Positions 26,801 through 36,300 of a DNA stretch of 63,133 nucleotides are shown here, one piece after another. A program made the position numbers and the translations under genes. Numbering within the stretch: position 1 is the stretch's first letter; each line of letters starts with the position of its first letter. This DNA comes from a virus (lineage: Duplodnaviria > Caudoviricetes): the IMG/VR virus record IMGVR_UViG_3300005534_000015, positions 1 through 63,133 of that record; one strand, 5' to 3'. The notes under the pieces were generated by a model. It did no database searches. It saw only the letters and a list, made by a program, of their open reading frames with translations, and was not told where the DNA came from.

Positions 26801-27295
26801 GCTCCTTCGGGCTATACGCAGAAGGAGTGGGACGAGTATATTTCTCGCTACCTGGACAAGGCATCGAACGACATCTTCAAGAAGCGTAACGGCGATATGA
26901 CCCACGTGATCGCTGGCCCGGACGCGTGGCTGAAGCTGTCGGCGACGTTCCGCACGGGCACGGACCCGCGCAGCGGCCCGAACCCGGAGCAGTTCGCGGG
27001 CCTGACCCTGACCCCGTTCATGATGGGGACCGCGCCGGGGGTCAAGACGTATAAGACCTCGTTCTGGGCGGGGACGAACACGAACAAGATTCTGGTGCTG
27101 CGGCGCGGGCAGGACTGGTCGGATACGCCGTACGTTTGGGCACCGTATCTCGACTACGTTTCGCCCGTGCTGACGCTGCCGGATACTTTCAACCAGAAAC
27201 AAGGAATTATGTCACGTGTAGCACATCAGGTCGTCGTTGGCGACGCCATGGCTACTGTTTCTATCAACAGCGGTCAGACCGGAGTTACCCTCTAA
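23834..27295 (+). CDS. Head polyprotein: ChaB domain + linker domains + T4 gp21-like prohead protease + scaffold + T4 gp23-like major capsid protein
   Basis: ChaB LPGHAKRIFRAAFNSAY...AFKIGWSAVKKQY; protease NQVYP, GEIQHP, ISSRGAGS; capsid FPLVRRVYPQLIATEVASVQPMDRPDGKIFYL, KLYASWSIEELQDLRAYHGLDA, YVWAPY. Confidence 0.9.
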   Translation: MPYASVKQLPAAVKRLPGHAKRIFRAAFNSAYKQHSGDETTAFKIGWSAVKKQYRKQGDRWVARQQDAQGDNEMKRLWADLSTVYKSYLDQAPMGDLTNVKDALELIEGLNQAAEPEMVALRQLEETCVPAIGFDLEQDYNYNRYKESGLNNSETHHNSYPGSLQHQIRCVCLAAHADEEVSEYLGDYGFILAVYPNYIITCAADDYEAQSADYWQVDYTFNKNTFAVTFGDAKQVDVGVVVVPKGTMPQETPEKEAAENGDGADDDMQDQDAGQNFKTEGGQKFSKGAYLIVPDAEKPSTWKIRIEETPGKVTVPQLGRAYAALTKGFRGNKVQASSGDKSAALAALKAKYKAMGADWPGSEKQEADDTPDWVLQGLDPPGGDETLVQSQTCLLQVKELDEESGILKVSGIATTGNVVNAKNQVYPTQVWQDNMPRLTRMIEQGKLVGEIQHPADGKPTLDRTVMKYTKLELAGDELKFEADILPTDPHGKNLQVLIQNGVSVDISSRGAGSMKVGDWNGTPGVSIVQRGFRNDAFDAVISGASPGSTITGWQLQSADNQTPEDTEEEMELKEVVEKLAASVAALAAGQEKITADLKQAKDTEITKVEAVKPEEKPVEQGLTTVHPEIERASQMAALMEQSLVRGRVESMVEETKAKGEWAPAFINAYRKQLTNANCKTLAELEQTNERVTKLIADMVQDAPKFPGKGFSVQKDVGERGLQTPREVIEALVADLPDDLPGMDSGMKHFIQQDENGEPVVPNHLMTPRRQMRKVLTNMAKFRTAGFDGPAAIQGLMLLSQGHDPSFVAEQFLDQSIPSGVTAVGNSGAPSSAIFIFPLVRRVYPQLIATEVASVQPMDRPDGKIFYLDAYRQSPGTDSVDMGGNTVSGEMRIDRSDSFSSSYANNPGELNTAQLIQLRLSNISVTADNKKLYASWSIEELQDLRAYHGLDASLELVGSLAREIALEWNQIVLQEMLNGATAGNENFGTTAPSGYTQKEWDEYISRYLDKASNDIFKKRNGDMTHVIAGPDAWLKLSATFRTGTDPRSGPNPEQFAGLTLTPFMMGTAPGVKTYKTSFWAGTNTNKILVLRRGQDWSDTPYVWAPYLDYVSPVLTLPDTFNQKQGIMSRVAHQVVVGDAMATVSINSGQTGVTL

Positions 27296-27301
27296 GTTCC
27301 C

Positions 27302-27340
27302 TCTCCAGGGCTGGAGATTTCTCCAGCCCTGGAGATTTTT
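27302..27340 (+). terminator. Intrinsic terminator after the capsid gene
   Basis: TCTCCAGGGCTGGAG-ATTT-CTCCAGCCCTGGAGA, 15 bp perfect stem followed by TTTTT. Confidence 0.8.
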
Positions 27341-27348
27341 GAAAGAGC

Positions 27349-27564
27349 ATGATGCCGAAGTTCGCCTGGGTGAAAAACGAGAGTAAGTGCCCGCAGCATT
27401 GGGGTCCGTATGGCGTTGAACCCGGCGCCGTTGGGCTTATCCCAGCGGAAGCCGTGACGGGGCGGCTGCCGGCTGGCGTACAGGTGGTTTCCAATAACCC
27501 GGACCTGTGGCTGTTCAAGCAGACGGAGCATCAGCCGTTCAATCCGCGATACACCAAACGCTGA
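27349..27564 (+). CDS. Small protein following the capsid gene
   Basis: 71 aa; GC3-biased codons. Confidence 0.55.
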   Translation: MMPKFAWVKNESKCPQHWGPYGVEPGAVGLIPAEAVTGRLPAGVQVVSNNPDLWLFKQTEHQPFNPRYTKR

Positions 27565-28036
27565 GCTTCAGCCTTTCCTGAACCCGTTCCATCACAATCG
27601 GAAGGTGCTTGCGCGGGAAGCGGATTGAGACGCTGAACACGATACTCGCTGGACCGGGACGCGTAATGGCAACGGAATCACCGTCGTCATCGCTGTCCAT
27701 GTCTAAATCATCATGCGGGTGAATGCTGTAGATCCAATCCGATTTCAGGAGGCGGTCTTCTTCTTTCCGGTTGAATGGACGCCAGCAGCGGACGACGTGT
27801 TGATAAAAACTGTCATGGTCATCTTCGTACGGATTGGCGACGATATTGAGAAAGTTCTCGGCGTCCATAGCAGACAGAAACTCTATCCAGATGAACCCTT
27901 TCGGGACGTTGTTCTCGCATGAGTTGCAAGTGCCAATGTCGAGTTTCCAGAGAGACAGGATCAGGTCGGCGATTCCTTTATCGACGTCGGCGGCGTTGTC
28001 GCCGAATTCAATGTAACGGGTCTTGTGGGTGGTCAT
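27539..28036 (-). CDS. Hypothetical protein co-oriented with the HNH gene
   Basis: VDKGIADLILSLWKLDIGTCNSCE motif; AAGGAG RBS; ATGA overlap. Confidence 0.65.
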   Translation of the reverse strand: MTTHKTRYIEFGDNAADVDKGIADLILSLWKLDIGTCNSCENNVPKGFIWIEFLSAMDAENFLNIVANPYEDDHDSFYQHVVRCWRPFNRKEEDRLLKSDWIYSIHPHDDLDMDSDDDGDSVAITRPGPASIVFSVSIRFPRKHLPIVMERVQERLKLSVWCIAD

Positions 28037-28821
28037 TTGCTTACTCCTTTGTAGCCTTTGATGTCGCGTAGATCATCAACGCTGGTGTTTGGAAACGCTT
28101 TGGCATTGTGATTTAAGACGATTTTGCAGAGCGCGACGAACTGTCGGGGAGACATCGTATATTTCATCATGTTGACCAGTTGGCAACAGAGCACGACGTT
28201 TCCTTTCAGATAGCTTGTCGAGTGGTCAATTCGGTCCAGGCTGATTGAGAAGTGGCCCCGAGTCGTTGTCATAGGAAGTCCGGTGTAGTAACAAAGTCCT
28301 TTTTGTTTTTCTAGTAGTGACACTAAAAACTCGATGTCGAGGTCGTTATGAAGCATTGGGTTCTTCTTCGAGAATCTCGTGTTCCTCGACCTGTGGAGAA
28401 GCATCATCAGGTAGGCTCTTGGATTCGTAGTAATTCGCTCTTCTGCCGCCTTGTACCAGCAGATGGAGCATGTTGGTTTCCACTCTCTACTCATCGGATC
28501 AACCTGATAGATAAATTCTTCTGGTGGTAAAAGCTCGTCGCAGCCGTTACAGTGAAAGGTACCGCTTCCTGTATCTGGGCACGTTTTATAGTTGTGCCCC
28601 AGACCACCGCAGATTCTGCAGGCGTGTGCTTTTTCAGGGAAACACACGTAGCAAAGTGTAAACGTATTTGGTTGATACCTTTCGAAGCAACTATCATGCA
28701 TCTCGTAGTCGCATCCAGTGCATACATGCATGTTGTCGGGGTCTACCGGACATTTAGTTTTATTGTGACCCAACTTGCCGCAGTATCCGCAGCGTCCGAG
28801 TGATCCTTTAGGGCGTCCCAT
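28033..28821 (-). mobile_element. HNH endonuclease with two CCHC Zn-knuckle + C4 finger units
   Basis: CGYCGKLGHNKTKC, CRICGGLGHNYKTC; QKGLCYYTG...ISLDRIDHSTSYLKGNVVLCCQLVNMMK. Confidence 0.8.
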
Positions 28822-28867
28822 ATTTTCTCCTTTTGTCAGGTGGACTGCTTGTGACGATGCAATATAC

Positions 28868-29656
28868 GTGCCAATTCAGGATACCGAGATGACTAACGAC
28901 AATATTCTCGACGCGGTGAGGGGAAGAGGTTATCCAGCCGATCCAGATTTAACTGACGACGAGATTATTGAATCTATCAATGGTGTCCAGCGCGACTTGA
29001 TGTATCACTACCCGATACAAAAGTCGGGAATGTTTACTATCTATGCGAATCAAAGTGTGTATGATTTGTTTAATCCGGTGCAGAACCTATCTGTTTCGCA
29101 AGGGGTGTTTCCAGGAGGGGTATCTGTTCTAGAATTAATATGGAGTCCTGCGGGCACCACTCAGGGGCTTTCTGTATTTGGGATAGCTCCTTTTCTTCAA
29201 GGACTCACGATTCTCCCAGGCGAAATAAGTGTCTACTCGTTCAACACTCCCTCAGACTGGTGGCAGTGGGATGCCAACTGGGACTCGTTTGTCAACCGTT
29301 TTGGAGCACAGCCGTTTCAGCACGTTCAGAACATTCCCGGCTCGCCTATCCGCGTCTACCCGGCGCCCACCGATACGCAGATGGCCTTCGCTCGCTACAA
29401 GGCTTATCGCGATCCGACGACCTTTCAAACGAGCGCCGAGGACGAGTCCAGTTTCCTGATGCTGGTGGAAGCCCACTGCTGTTGGACCGTGGCCCGCAAG
29501 CTGAAGATGGTGGCGGGTGCCCGTCTCGGTCGCCTGACCGCTTCCGAGAAGCCGGCCCTTTACTGGCAGATGGAAGGGGACCGGATGTACGCACTCGGGA
29601 TGAAAACCTTCTATGACCACTACTTTGAGATAGGGAGTGCAGTACAGAGAAGTTGA
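28868..29656 (+). CDS. Probable head-tail adaptor/neck protein
   Basis: Position after the capsid; TIYANQSVYDL and IRVYPAPT motifs typical of adaptor proteins; start uncertain (28868 GTG or 28889 ATG). Confidence 0.6.
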   Translation: MPIQDTEMTNDNILDAVRGRGYPADPDLTDDEIIESINGVQRDLMYHYPIQKSGMFTIYANQSVYDLFNPVQNLSVSQGVFPGGVSVLELIWSPAGTTQGLSVFGIAPFLQGLTILPGEISVYSFNTPSDWWQWDANWDSFVNRFGAQPFQHVQNIPGSPIRVYPAPTDTQMAFARYKAYRDPTTFQTSAEDESSFLMLVEAHCCWTVARKLKMVAGARLGRLTASEKPALYWQMEGDRMYALGMKTFYDHYFEIGSAVQRS

Positions 29657-29668
29657 CGCACGTTTTCT

Positions 29669-30379
29669 CTATGACGCGTTGTTTTCGTGTATGATTCTGC
29701 ACAGAGTGAGGAATTGTTCGTCGTCAAGATCCTGTTTCATCTGGTTACAACGCCAACAACAGAGGACTACGTTTTCTGCAACATAGCCTTTGAGCGAATC
29801 CTTTCGGTCAATACTTATAGCCCAATCACCACAGTCGGTAGTCATTTCAATTCCTGAATAGTGACAGATCCATTGTTGGCGCTCTAGTAATTGAATGAGA
29901 AAATCAGGGTCGATGGCTGTTGGTAGATTTCGTTTGTCCATCGCCTTCTGTCCCGACTTTAGCATACGGCCAAACAACCAGTTCAAATCCTTGCGTTTTT
30001 CATCTCTGTTCCAAGTGCTGCATGTGCGACAATAACTGAGGGGATTACCGCTTTTCCTCAGCTTGTAATTCACTAATGGTAAGCGAAATCGACAGCGCGC
30101 GCACCAGTAAAGTCCGTCATCGGGCATTGGGCATGCGTTAATACGGTGTCCGACTTGACCACATCGATGGCAGCAGCGTCCGCGAAGTTCTTGGCAAACA
30201 CAGCAAATATCGCCATAACGACAGTTTCTGGGATCTTCATAGGTATAGAATCTGAATTCGGATACGCGGCGCGTTATACCACACTTTAAGCACGTTTTGT
30301 CGCGTAGAGGGCCGTTGGGGCAATTGCGTCGATAATGACCCTGTTGACCACAATCAGCACACCGAACGATACGAGGCAT
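29669..30379 (-). mobile_element. HNH endonuclease with two CCHC Zn-knuckle + C4 finger units (paralogue of 28033-28821)
   Basis: CADCGQQGHYRRNC, CHRCGQVGHRINAC; QQWICHYSG...ISIDRKDSLKGYVAENVVLCCWRCNQMK. Confidence 0.8.
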
Positions 30380-30433
30380 TGTAATTGTCTCCTTTCGAAG
30401 CTCTGTGTATCATAAAGGTGCAAGAAACGTGCC

Positions 30434-30844
30434 ATGCCAAACACCATTGCGCAGCAGACAGGCTCCTATCTCGTCAACCTGGTCAACCGATTCTACTTTC
30501 AATTCGGCTGCCAGGGCTCGACGACCACTTTTGACCTGTACCGGCGGACCAACACGGGTCCGCCCGATGACCTGGGTGTTCCGTCGAACACGCTGCAGAA
30601 GCTTTACTCTGCCGTCCCGATTGCCTTCGCCGGGCTGATGGAAATTCGGGAGGGCGCGTTTGATGTCATTCCCGAGGGCCAGATTCAGTATCCGATGATC
30701 GATGCGATCACCGCCCTCATCGACGTGCAGGCGGGTGACAGCGTGATCCTGGCCATTGATGGCCGCGGCTGGGGTGTGGAGCGGGCGGAGCGGTTTGGCA
30801 CTCTCATGGTCCTGGTGCTGGACCGGGCGTCGTCGCAAATCTGA
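30434..30844 (+). CDS. Probable head closure/stopper protein
   Basis: Synteny; DVQAGDSVILAIDGRGWGVE barrel pattern. Confidence 0.55.
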   Translation: MPNTIAQQTGSYLVNLVNRFYFQFGCQGSTTTFDLYRRTNTGPPDDLGVPSNTLQKLYSAVPIAFAGLMEIREGAFDVIPEGQIQYPMIDAITALIDVQAGDSVILAIDGRGWGVERAERFGTLMVLVLDRASSQI

Positions 30845-31383
30845 TGGCCGACCCGATGGCCTCCATTGACGCGGCCAAAGCCACCTTCATGCGCGACGTC
30901 CGCGCGGCGATGTATGTTGCCTGCGACCAGGGCGCAGAGCTGCTGCTGGCGGAGATGAAGGCGCTGACAGCCCGCATCGACCACGACCTGAAGGCGCTGC
31001 GCGATCTGGGCCACCCGTACGGCTGGGGTAACGGGCGCGAGCCGGGGACGCCGCACGCCGACTGGATCGTTCACATGCAGGACGGCGAGCTGCAAGGGGG
31101 CCTGAAGAAACTGCCGCCCATGGTGTCGGGCTGGAAGGTGGAGAGCGACCTGATTTCGGAAGCGAAGCAGACCTGGTATCTCCTGCTAGGAACGAAGAAG
31201 ATGCGGCCCCGCGATTTCGTCTCGGCCGCGCTGATTATGCGCCGCGATGCCGTCGCCGCCCTCTTCGAGAAGCATTTCCTGGCAGTTCACGACCGCACGG
31301 TCGGCGTGCCGTCGACGGCGGCGCTGGAGATGGTGCTGCTCCCGCACGACGAGTTCCCTGCGCAGTTGCCGGGAGGCTACTGA
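30844..31383 (+). CDS. Tail completion protein, HK97 gp10-like
   Basis: YLLLGTKKMRPRDF motif; synteny. Confidence 0.65.
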   Translation: MADPMASIDAAKATFMRDVRAAMYVACDQGAELLLAEMKALTARIDHDLKALRDLGHPYGWGNGREPGTPHADWIVHMQDGELQGGLKKLPPMVSGWKVESDLISEAKQTWYLLLGTKKMRPRDFVSAALIMRRDAVAALFEKHFLAVHDRTVGVPSTAALEMVLLPHDEFPAQLPGGY

Positions 31384-31820
31384 TGGCCGCATTAAGGCAT
31401 ATCGCGGCGATCCGCAGTCGCTTACTGCAAAGTGAGTCCCTTGTGCCGATTGTCGCCTTTACGCCGGACAACGTGCCGGCGATCTATGCGAGTCACGTTT
31501 GGGATATCAAGGAGCCGGCTTTTCCTTGTGTCACCATCTATCAGGCTGAGGCGAATCTCGGCGTGTGGGCGCCGAGGGTGATTGATTCAGGACGCATTCA
31601 GATTGACTGCTACTCGAAACTGAACAGCCGCCAATCGAATGAGATGGAAGAGATGGTCGAGGCGATGCTGCACACCCAGAATATTTATCTGAATGCGCAG
31701 AACCCTAACGCTGCCTTCGCTGAGTGTCGTAAAATAAACTGGGGCATGAGTATGTTTGAATCGGATACTCACGCCTGGCGAACCACAGCGATGTATCTCA
31801 TTCGCGTTTTCGTGTCGTAG
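31383..31820 (+). CDS. Tail terminator protein (DUF3168-like)
   Basis: PAFPCVTIY, RIQIDCYS; lies immediately before the tail tube gene. Confidence 0.7.
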   Translation: MAALRHIAAIRSRLLQSESLVPIVAFTPDNVPAIYASHVWDIKEPAFPCVTIYQAEANLGVWAPRVIDSGRIQIDCYSKLNSRQSNEMEEMVEAMLHTQNIYLNAQNPNAAFAECRKINWGMSMFESDTHAWRTTAMYLIRVFVS

Positions 31821-31862
31821 CAAAGCAAATAGGGAACCCGAGGAACCCGAGGAGGAAGAAAA

Positions 31863-32471
31863 ATGTCAAGAATCAACACGACCAATATTACTCTGGGTCT
31901 CGGAGTCCTGGAGATTGGGTCGTACCTGAACGGCGTCTTTCAGTCATATCGCGATGCGGGTGCCATCAAGGCCGAGGGCCAGATTCAGATGCAGCGCCAG
32001 CAGGCGCGATTTGAGAGCGGTCGGCCGCTGGTCGTTCTGAAGAAAGAGACCACCCTGGAGTTGGTGACGATCCAGTTCACCCTCGCCGAGGTATCGGTCG
32101 CCAACATCAAGGACTGCATCGGTGGTGGCATCACAACGTCCAGCAACCCGAATGCGACCTTCCTGGACACGACCGGCGTGGCCCCGAAAGGTGATCTGAC
32201 CTCCAGCGTGGTGACGGTGGGTCTGAACAACCAGTTTACGCTCGGTGGCCAGTGCGACGTGTTCACGGTGGCCTTGCGGTTCACGCACCTGAAGTCCTGC
32301 TCGACCGGCAAGCGGCAGATTTTCGAAGGTTACCTCGCCTCCCCCATGGGCAACCTGACCATGCCTTTCCGCGAGACGGACTGGAACCTGTATCAGATCG
32401 ATTTCGAGCTGCTGGCGGACACGACCCGTGCAGCGGGCGCGCAGTACTTCCAGTTTATCGACGAGCTTTAA
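31863..32471 (+). CDS. Major tail (tube) protein
   Basis: Strong RBS, followed by a terminator and then chaperone and tape-measure genes; NITLGLG, IQFTLAEVS. Confidence 0.75.
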   Translation: MSRINTTNITLGLGVLEIGSYLNGVFQSYRDAGAIKAEGQIQMQRQQARFESGRPLVVLKKETTLELVTIQFTLAEVSVANIKDCIGGGITTSSNPNATFLDTTGVAPKGDLTSSVVTVGLNNQFTLGGQCDVFTVALRFTHLKSCSTGKRQIFEGYLASPMGNLTMPFRETDWNLYQIDFELLADTTRAAGAQYFQFIDEL

Positions 32472-32483
32472 GTCTGGTTTCTG

Positions 32484-32521
32484 ACGGGCGGCGACGCACG
32501 CCGTCGCCGCCCGTTTTCTTT
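32484..32521 (+). terminator. Intrinsic terminator after the tail tube gene
   Basis: ACGGGCGGCGACG-CACGC-CGTCGCCGCCCGT followed by TTTCTTT. Confidence 0.8.
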
Positions 32522-32540
32522 CACTCGAAGGAGACCCTCT

Positions 32541-32990
32541 TTGGACGCGATGCCCGATTCCCTGAACCTCGACGAAGTAAGAGAAATCCCGGTGACCCTC
32601 GGTGGTCGGACGTTTATCCTCACCCAGCAGCGTCGTTCTCTCCTCCTCCGCATCGTCAAATTCGTCCAGAGCAACGGCGAGAGCGAGGGGAAGAAGCTGA
32701 AGGAAGGGGCCGATGACAGCGAGATCATGGAGACGAACTTCGAGAACTCGCTGCCGATCATTGCGTTGATGTTCGGGTTCGATACGAAGGATGAGGCCAC
32801 GAAGGAGACCATCGCCTTCCTGCGCGAGCACCTGAGCCCACAGCGGGCCTTGAAGGTCTTCAAGGCGTGGTGGGAGTTGAACGAGGTCGACGATTTTTTT
32901 ATTCGGCGGGGGAACATGCTGATGGACCCCGACATCGCACAGTGGATGAAAACGCAGCGACGCGCCATCGCGGCGGAGCCGCTGGCCTAG
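32541..32990 (+). CDS. Tail assembly chaperone (gpG-like)
   Basis: Between tube and tape measure; AAGGAG RBS with TTG start. Confidence 0.7.
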   Translation: MDAMPDSLNLDEVREIPVTLGGRTFILTQQRRSLLLRIVKFVQSNGESEGKKLKEGADDSEIMETNFENSLPIIALMFGFDTKDEATKETIAFLREHLSPQRALKVFKAWWELNEVDDFFIRRGNMLMDPDIAQWMKTQRRAIAAEPLA

Positions 32991-33301
32991 ACCCGAACGA
33001 TTCGGATTTCGCGACGACTGTGCTCGATGTGGTCGAGGAGCTGGCCCATCAGTGGGGTAAATGGCCTGAGGAGATACTGCGGATGCCGTGGGTGAAGCTG
33101 AAACGCTGGATCGACGTCTATTTGAAACGGCGGCGCCGGGAGTGGAAGCTCCAGTGCGCGCTGACCTCGATGGGGGCTCGCAGTCAGATGAGCGGTATGA
33201 TGGGCGGCGGCGGCGGGGCGTACGAAGAGATGTCGGATGAGGATCGGCTCAGCGCCTTTGCGGAGTTGGATATTCCCGTGGTGAGACGGCGAGTGGATTA
33301 G
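32894..33301 (+). CDS. Tail assembly chaperone extension (gpT-like), probably reached by -1 frameshift
   Basis: Overlapping -1 frame ORF without its own RBS; LAHQWGKWPEEILRMPW typical of gpT; in-register T TTT TTT at 32894-32900. Confidence 0.6.
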   Translation, partial: FFYSAGEHADGPRHRTVDENAATRHRGGAAGLDPNDSDFATTVLDVVEELAHQWGKWPEEILRMPWVKLKRWIDVYLKRRRREWKLQCALTSMGARSQMSGMMGGGGGAYEEMSDEDRLSAFAELDIPVVRRRVD

Positions 33302-33313
33302 GAACACGGTTCG

Positions 33314-36300
33314 ATGGCCTTCGGGGAACTCATTACATCTGTCCACGCAGACCTGGCCCAGCTTGACAAGGACCTGAACACGGCCCGCGAAAAGCTGAAG
33401 AAGTTCTACGAGGACGCCAATCGGATGGGGGCTCGGCTCTCCGCTGGGGGAGCCGGGCTTTCTGGTGCCGGAGGTGGGGGCGGCCGTGGCGGACTTGATG
33501 TTGCCGGCGTCAACGCGCAAGGGCGACCGCTCTACATCCCCTCAAGAGTTGAAGAAAACGATGCGCGTCGCTTTCTGGCTGTAAAGAAGCGGGCCATCGA
33601 CGATAACCTGAAATTAGAGGCCGATGCTCGCAAGAGATCGGACGCTGAGAATCTGCGCCAGTATCGGTCCCGCATTGCCGATGAGAAGACTGTCGCCAAC
33701 TTCAAAGCGGATGCCGATAAGCAGGCCCTCGGTCTGGCACAGGCCAAGAGCGCCAAGATACAGGCCCTGACCAAGGAGGAGATGAAGCTTCGGCAGCAAG
33801 CCGATAAGGCCCGTCTGGACGCCGAGAAGGAAGTGTCCGTTCTGTTTGCGAAACAGACGAGCCAGAATCGGCAAGAGAACATTCAGAAGCTTCGTCAATA
33901 TCAGAAAGACCAGACAGTCGAACTGCAGAAATCGGCCCAGGCGGCGGCTCGCTTGAACCAGCACTTCGACAAGATGAAGGACTCGCTGGGAAACATCGCC
34001 AATCAGGCCAAAAACGTGGCCGGTTTCCTGGGCCTGGGTGCCTTCGCGGGGATTGGCGCGGCCGTTGCTGAGGCGTTCAACTACAACCGCCAACTGCAGT
34101 TGACGAAGCTCTCGCTGGCTACCGACCTGCAGTTGACGACGAAGATCGTCGATCAGCATGGTAAGCAGGTCAGTCGGCAGAAGGAACTGAACGTCAACCT
34201 CGCCGAGTCGCAAACCATCCTCAACCAGATTCGGAAAGAGGCGGAATCGACGACGCTGACCGAGAAGGAACTGCAAGCGGTGAGCCGCATCGGCCTCGCG
34301 GGTGGCCTTCGCGGCGGTGCGGCCCAGAACCCGGCGGAAGCCATTCACCTCGTTGCGCAGCTCGGGAACCTCGCCAAGATTTTGCAGCCCAACCTTGGCC
34401 CGGAGGCGCTGGTCGCCAGTGTCCGGTCGGTAACGGGCGCTTCGCCGGCTGTGCGGCGAACGGCGCTCGGACAGGTGCTTGACCTGGACCCGAAGCAGCT
34501 TCGCGCTTGGAAAGAGCAGGGAACCCTCGTCCAGCACCTGTTAGATATTCTCCATCGGGCCGATAATATTGTCAACCAAGCCAACGCCTCGTTTGAACAT
34601 CTCTGGTCCACCCTGATCTCCAAGGGGCAGCGATTTTTGCAGTTGTCAATAGATAAGGTGTTCGAAAAGATTACCGGTCGACTTCTGGACCTGAATAAAG
34701 AACTCACGGATGAAAAGATTGAAACATGGGCGAAGCAGTTTTCCGAAGAGCTGGTCAAAGCGTACGATGCGATCCAGAACTTCGGAAACAGCGACGGCTT
34801 CAAAGCCGTTCAGACGTTCTTCAAGTTTCTGGTCAATCACGCAACGGAGATTCTGAATGTCTTCCTCGCGGTGAAGGGCGTTCAGGCGCTGAAGACCGGG
34901 CAATCCATTCTGCAGGACGTGGCAACGGCCGCCGGGGGCTTTGCGAAACGCGGCGCGGGAGGGGCGGTCGCCGGTGTCGAGGAGGCAGGGGCCGTTGGCG
35001 CTGGAGCGGTCGCCGGTGGCTTACCGGCCTTTATGGGCGCTGTGGGCGGTTTGGCTGGCTTCCTGGCAGCGGCGGTTCCCGTGGTGATTGCCGGTCTGGT
35101 CGGTTACGGCATCGGCAACCTGCTGCAGGCGACGGTTGGCCCGTTGGCGGAAGCGGTCGGGCATTACTTCGGCGGGACAGGACGGGGGAACGCGTCACTC
35201 AATCGGTCGATTGCCGGGGGTGAGGGAGCGGTCGGGCGCCGGACTCCGCTGCAGCGACAGTTGGCTTCCCTGCGCGGCCAGGAGCTGCAGGATCGGCAGG
35301 CATTCATTTCGGCTCAAACGCCGGATGAGGTGGCCTCGACGGCAAATATCCTGCGCGGGACGCGAGCCAAGATCGCCCGGCTCGAACGGGAGGGAACGGA
35401 GACCGCGCATCGGGAACTGCTGCATCGAGTGGCGCTGGAAGGGGCCGTCGAGGATGAAGCGGCCCAGAAGAAGCGGCGCAAAGCGCAGGAGTTGGAAGCA
35501 TGGCTGCATCGTCTCCTCGCCAAAGGGACAGAGGATGAAGTCGAGCAGCTCAAACTGCGCTACAAGGCGGATGCCGAATCGGTCTACGCCAAGCTCGGTG
35601 TCACGAAGCGAGCAAATCAGGTGGTGGCGCAGCTTCATCAGCAACTGCTGGAGAAGATTCGCGACTATAACGAGGAGAGCGCCAACGAAGAACGGAAGCG
35701 CATCGCTGATCTGCGCGACGACAAGCTGGCGAAGCTGGAAGCCGAGTATCACGACAACCTGAAGACGATCAAGGACTCGGACGCTTCCGAGGCCGATCAG
35801 GCACGCGACCGATTAGCAGCGTTCGCCAAATTCCAGCGGGACAAATTCGATCAGCAGCGGGAATGGTCGGATAAGGCGCGAGAGCTGGCGAAGCAGGCGG
35901 TCGACGACGAGATCGAACTGCAGCGGACCCGCCAGAATCTCCTCAAGGAGACCGCAGAGCTTCAGAAAAAGTTCGCCAAACAGGCGAAGGACCTGGCTCG
36001 CGAGGAGGAAGATGCGGCACGGGATTATAGTCGCGCGCAGAAAGATCGCCAGATGGCCGATGCTCGATTGTTTGGGACTCCTTCCCTTAGCGAACCAGGA
36101 CGATTCATTCCGAACCCTACTGGAAACAGAGGAATTCCTTTAGGAACGCTTGGCCCATTGCAACCCACTCAACTTCCTGGGCCGGCCCAATTTGATCCGT
36201 TTGCGAACATGGAAGGAACTCGTCTTGCCAATGGCTTCCTCCTCCCGCCTCGGCTTCTTCGGGCAGCCCAGCCGGCATTTGTCGACGAACAAGAATCGAT

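Noticed and set aside
25502-27202. 566 aa antisense ORF over the capsid gene (likewise 14636-15934, 19475-21004, 48010-48936, 51029-51886, 61566-62861)
   Set aside because: Shadow frames expected opposite high-GC3 genes; Arg/His/Val-skewed composition, no motifs, no RBS
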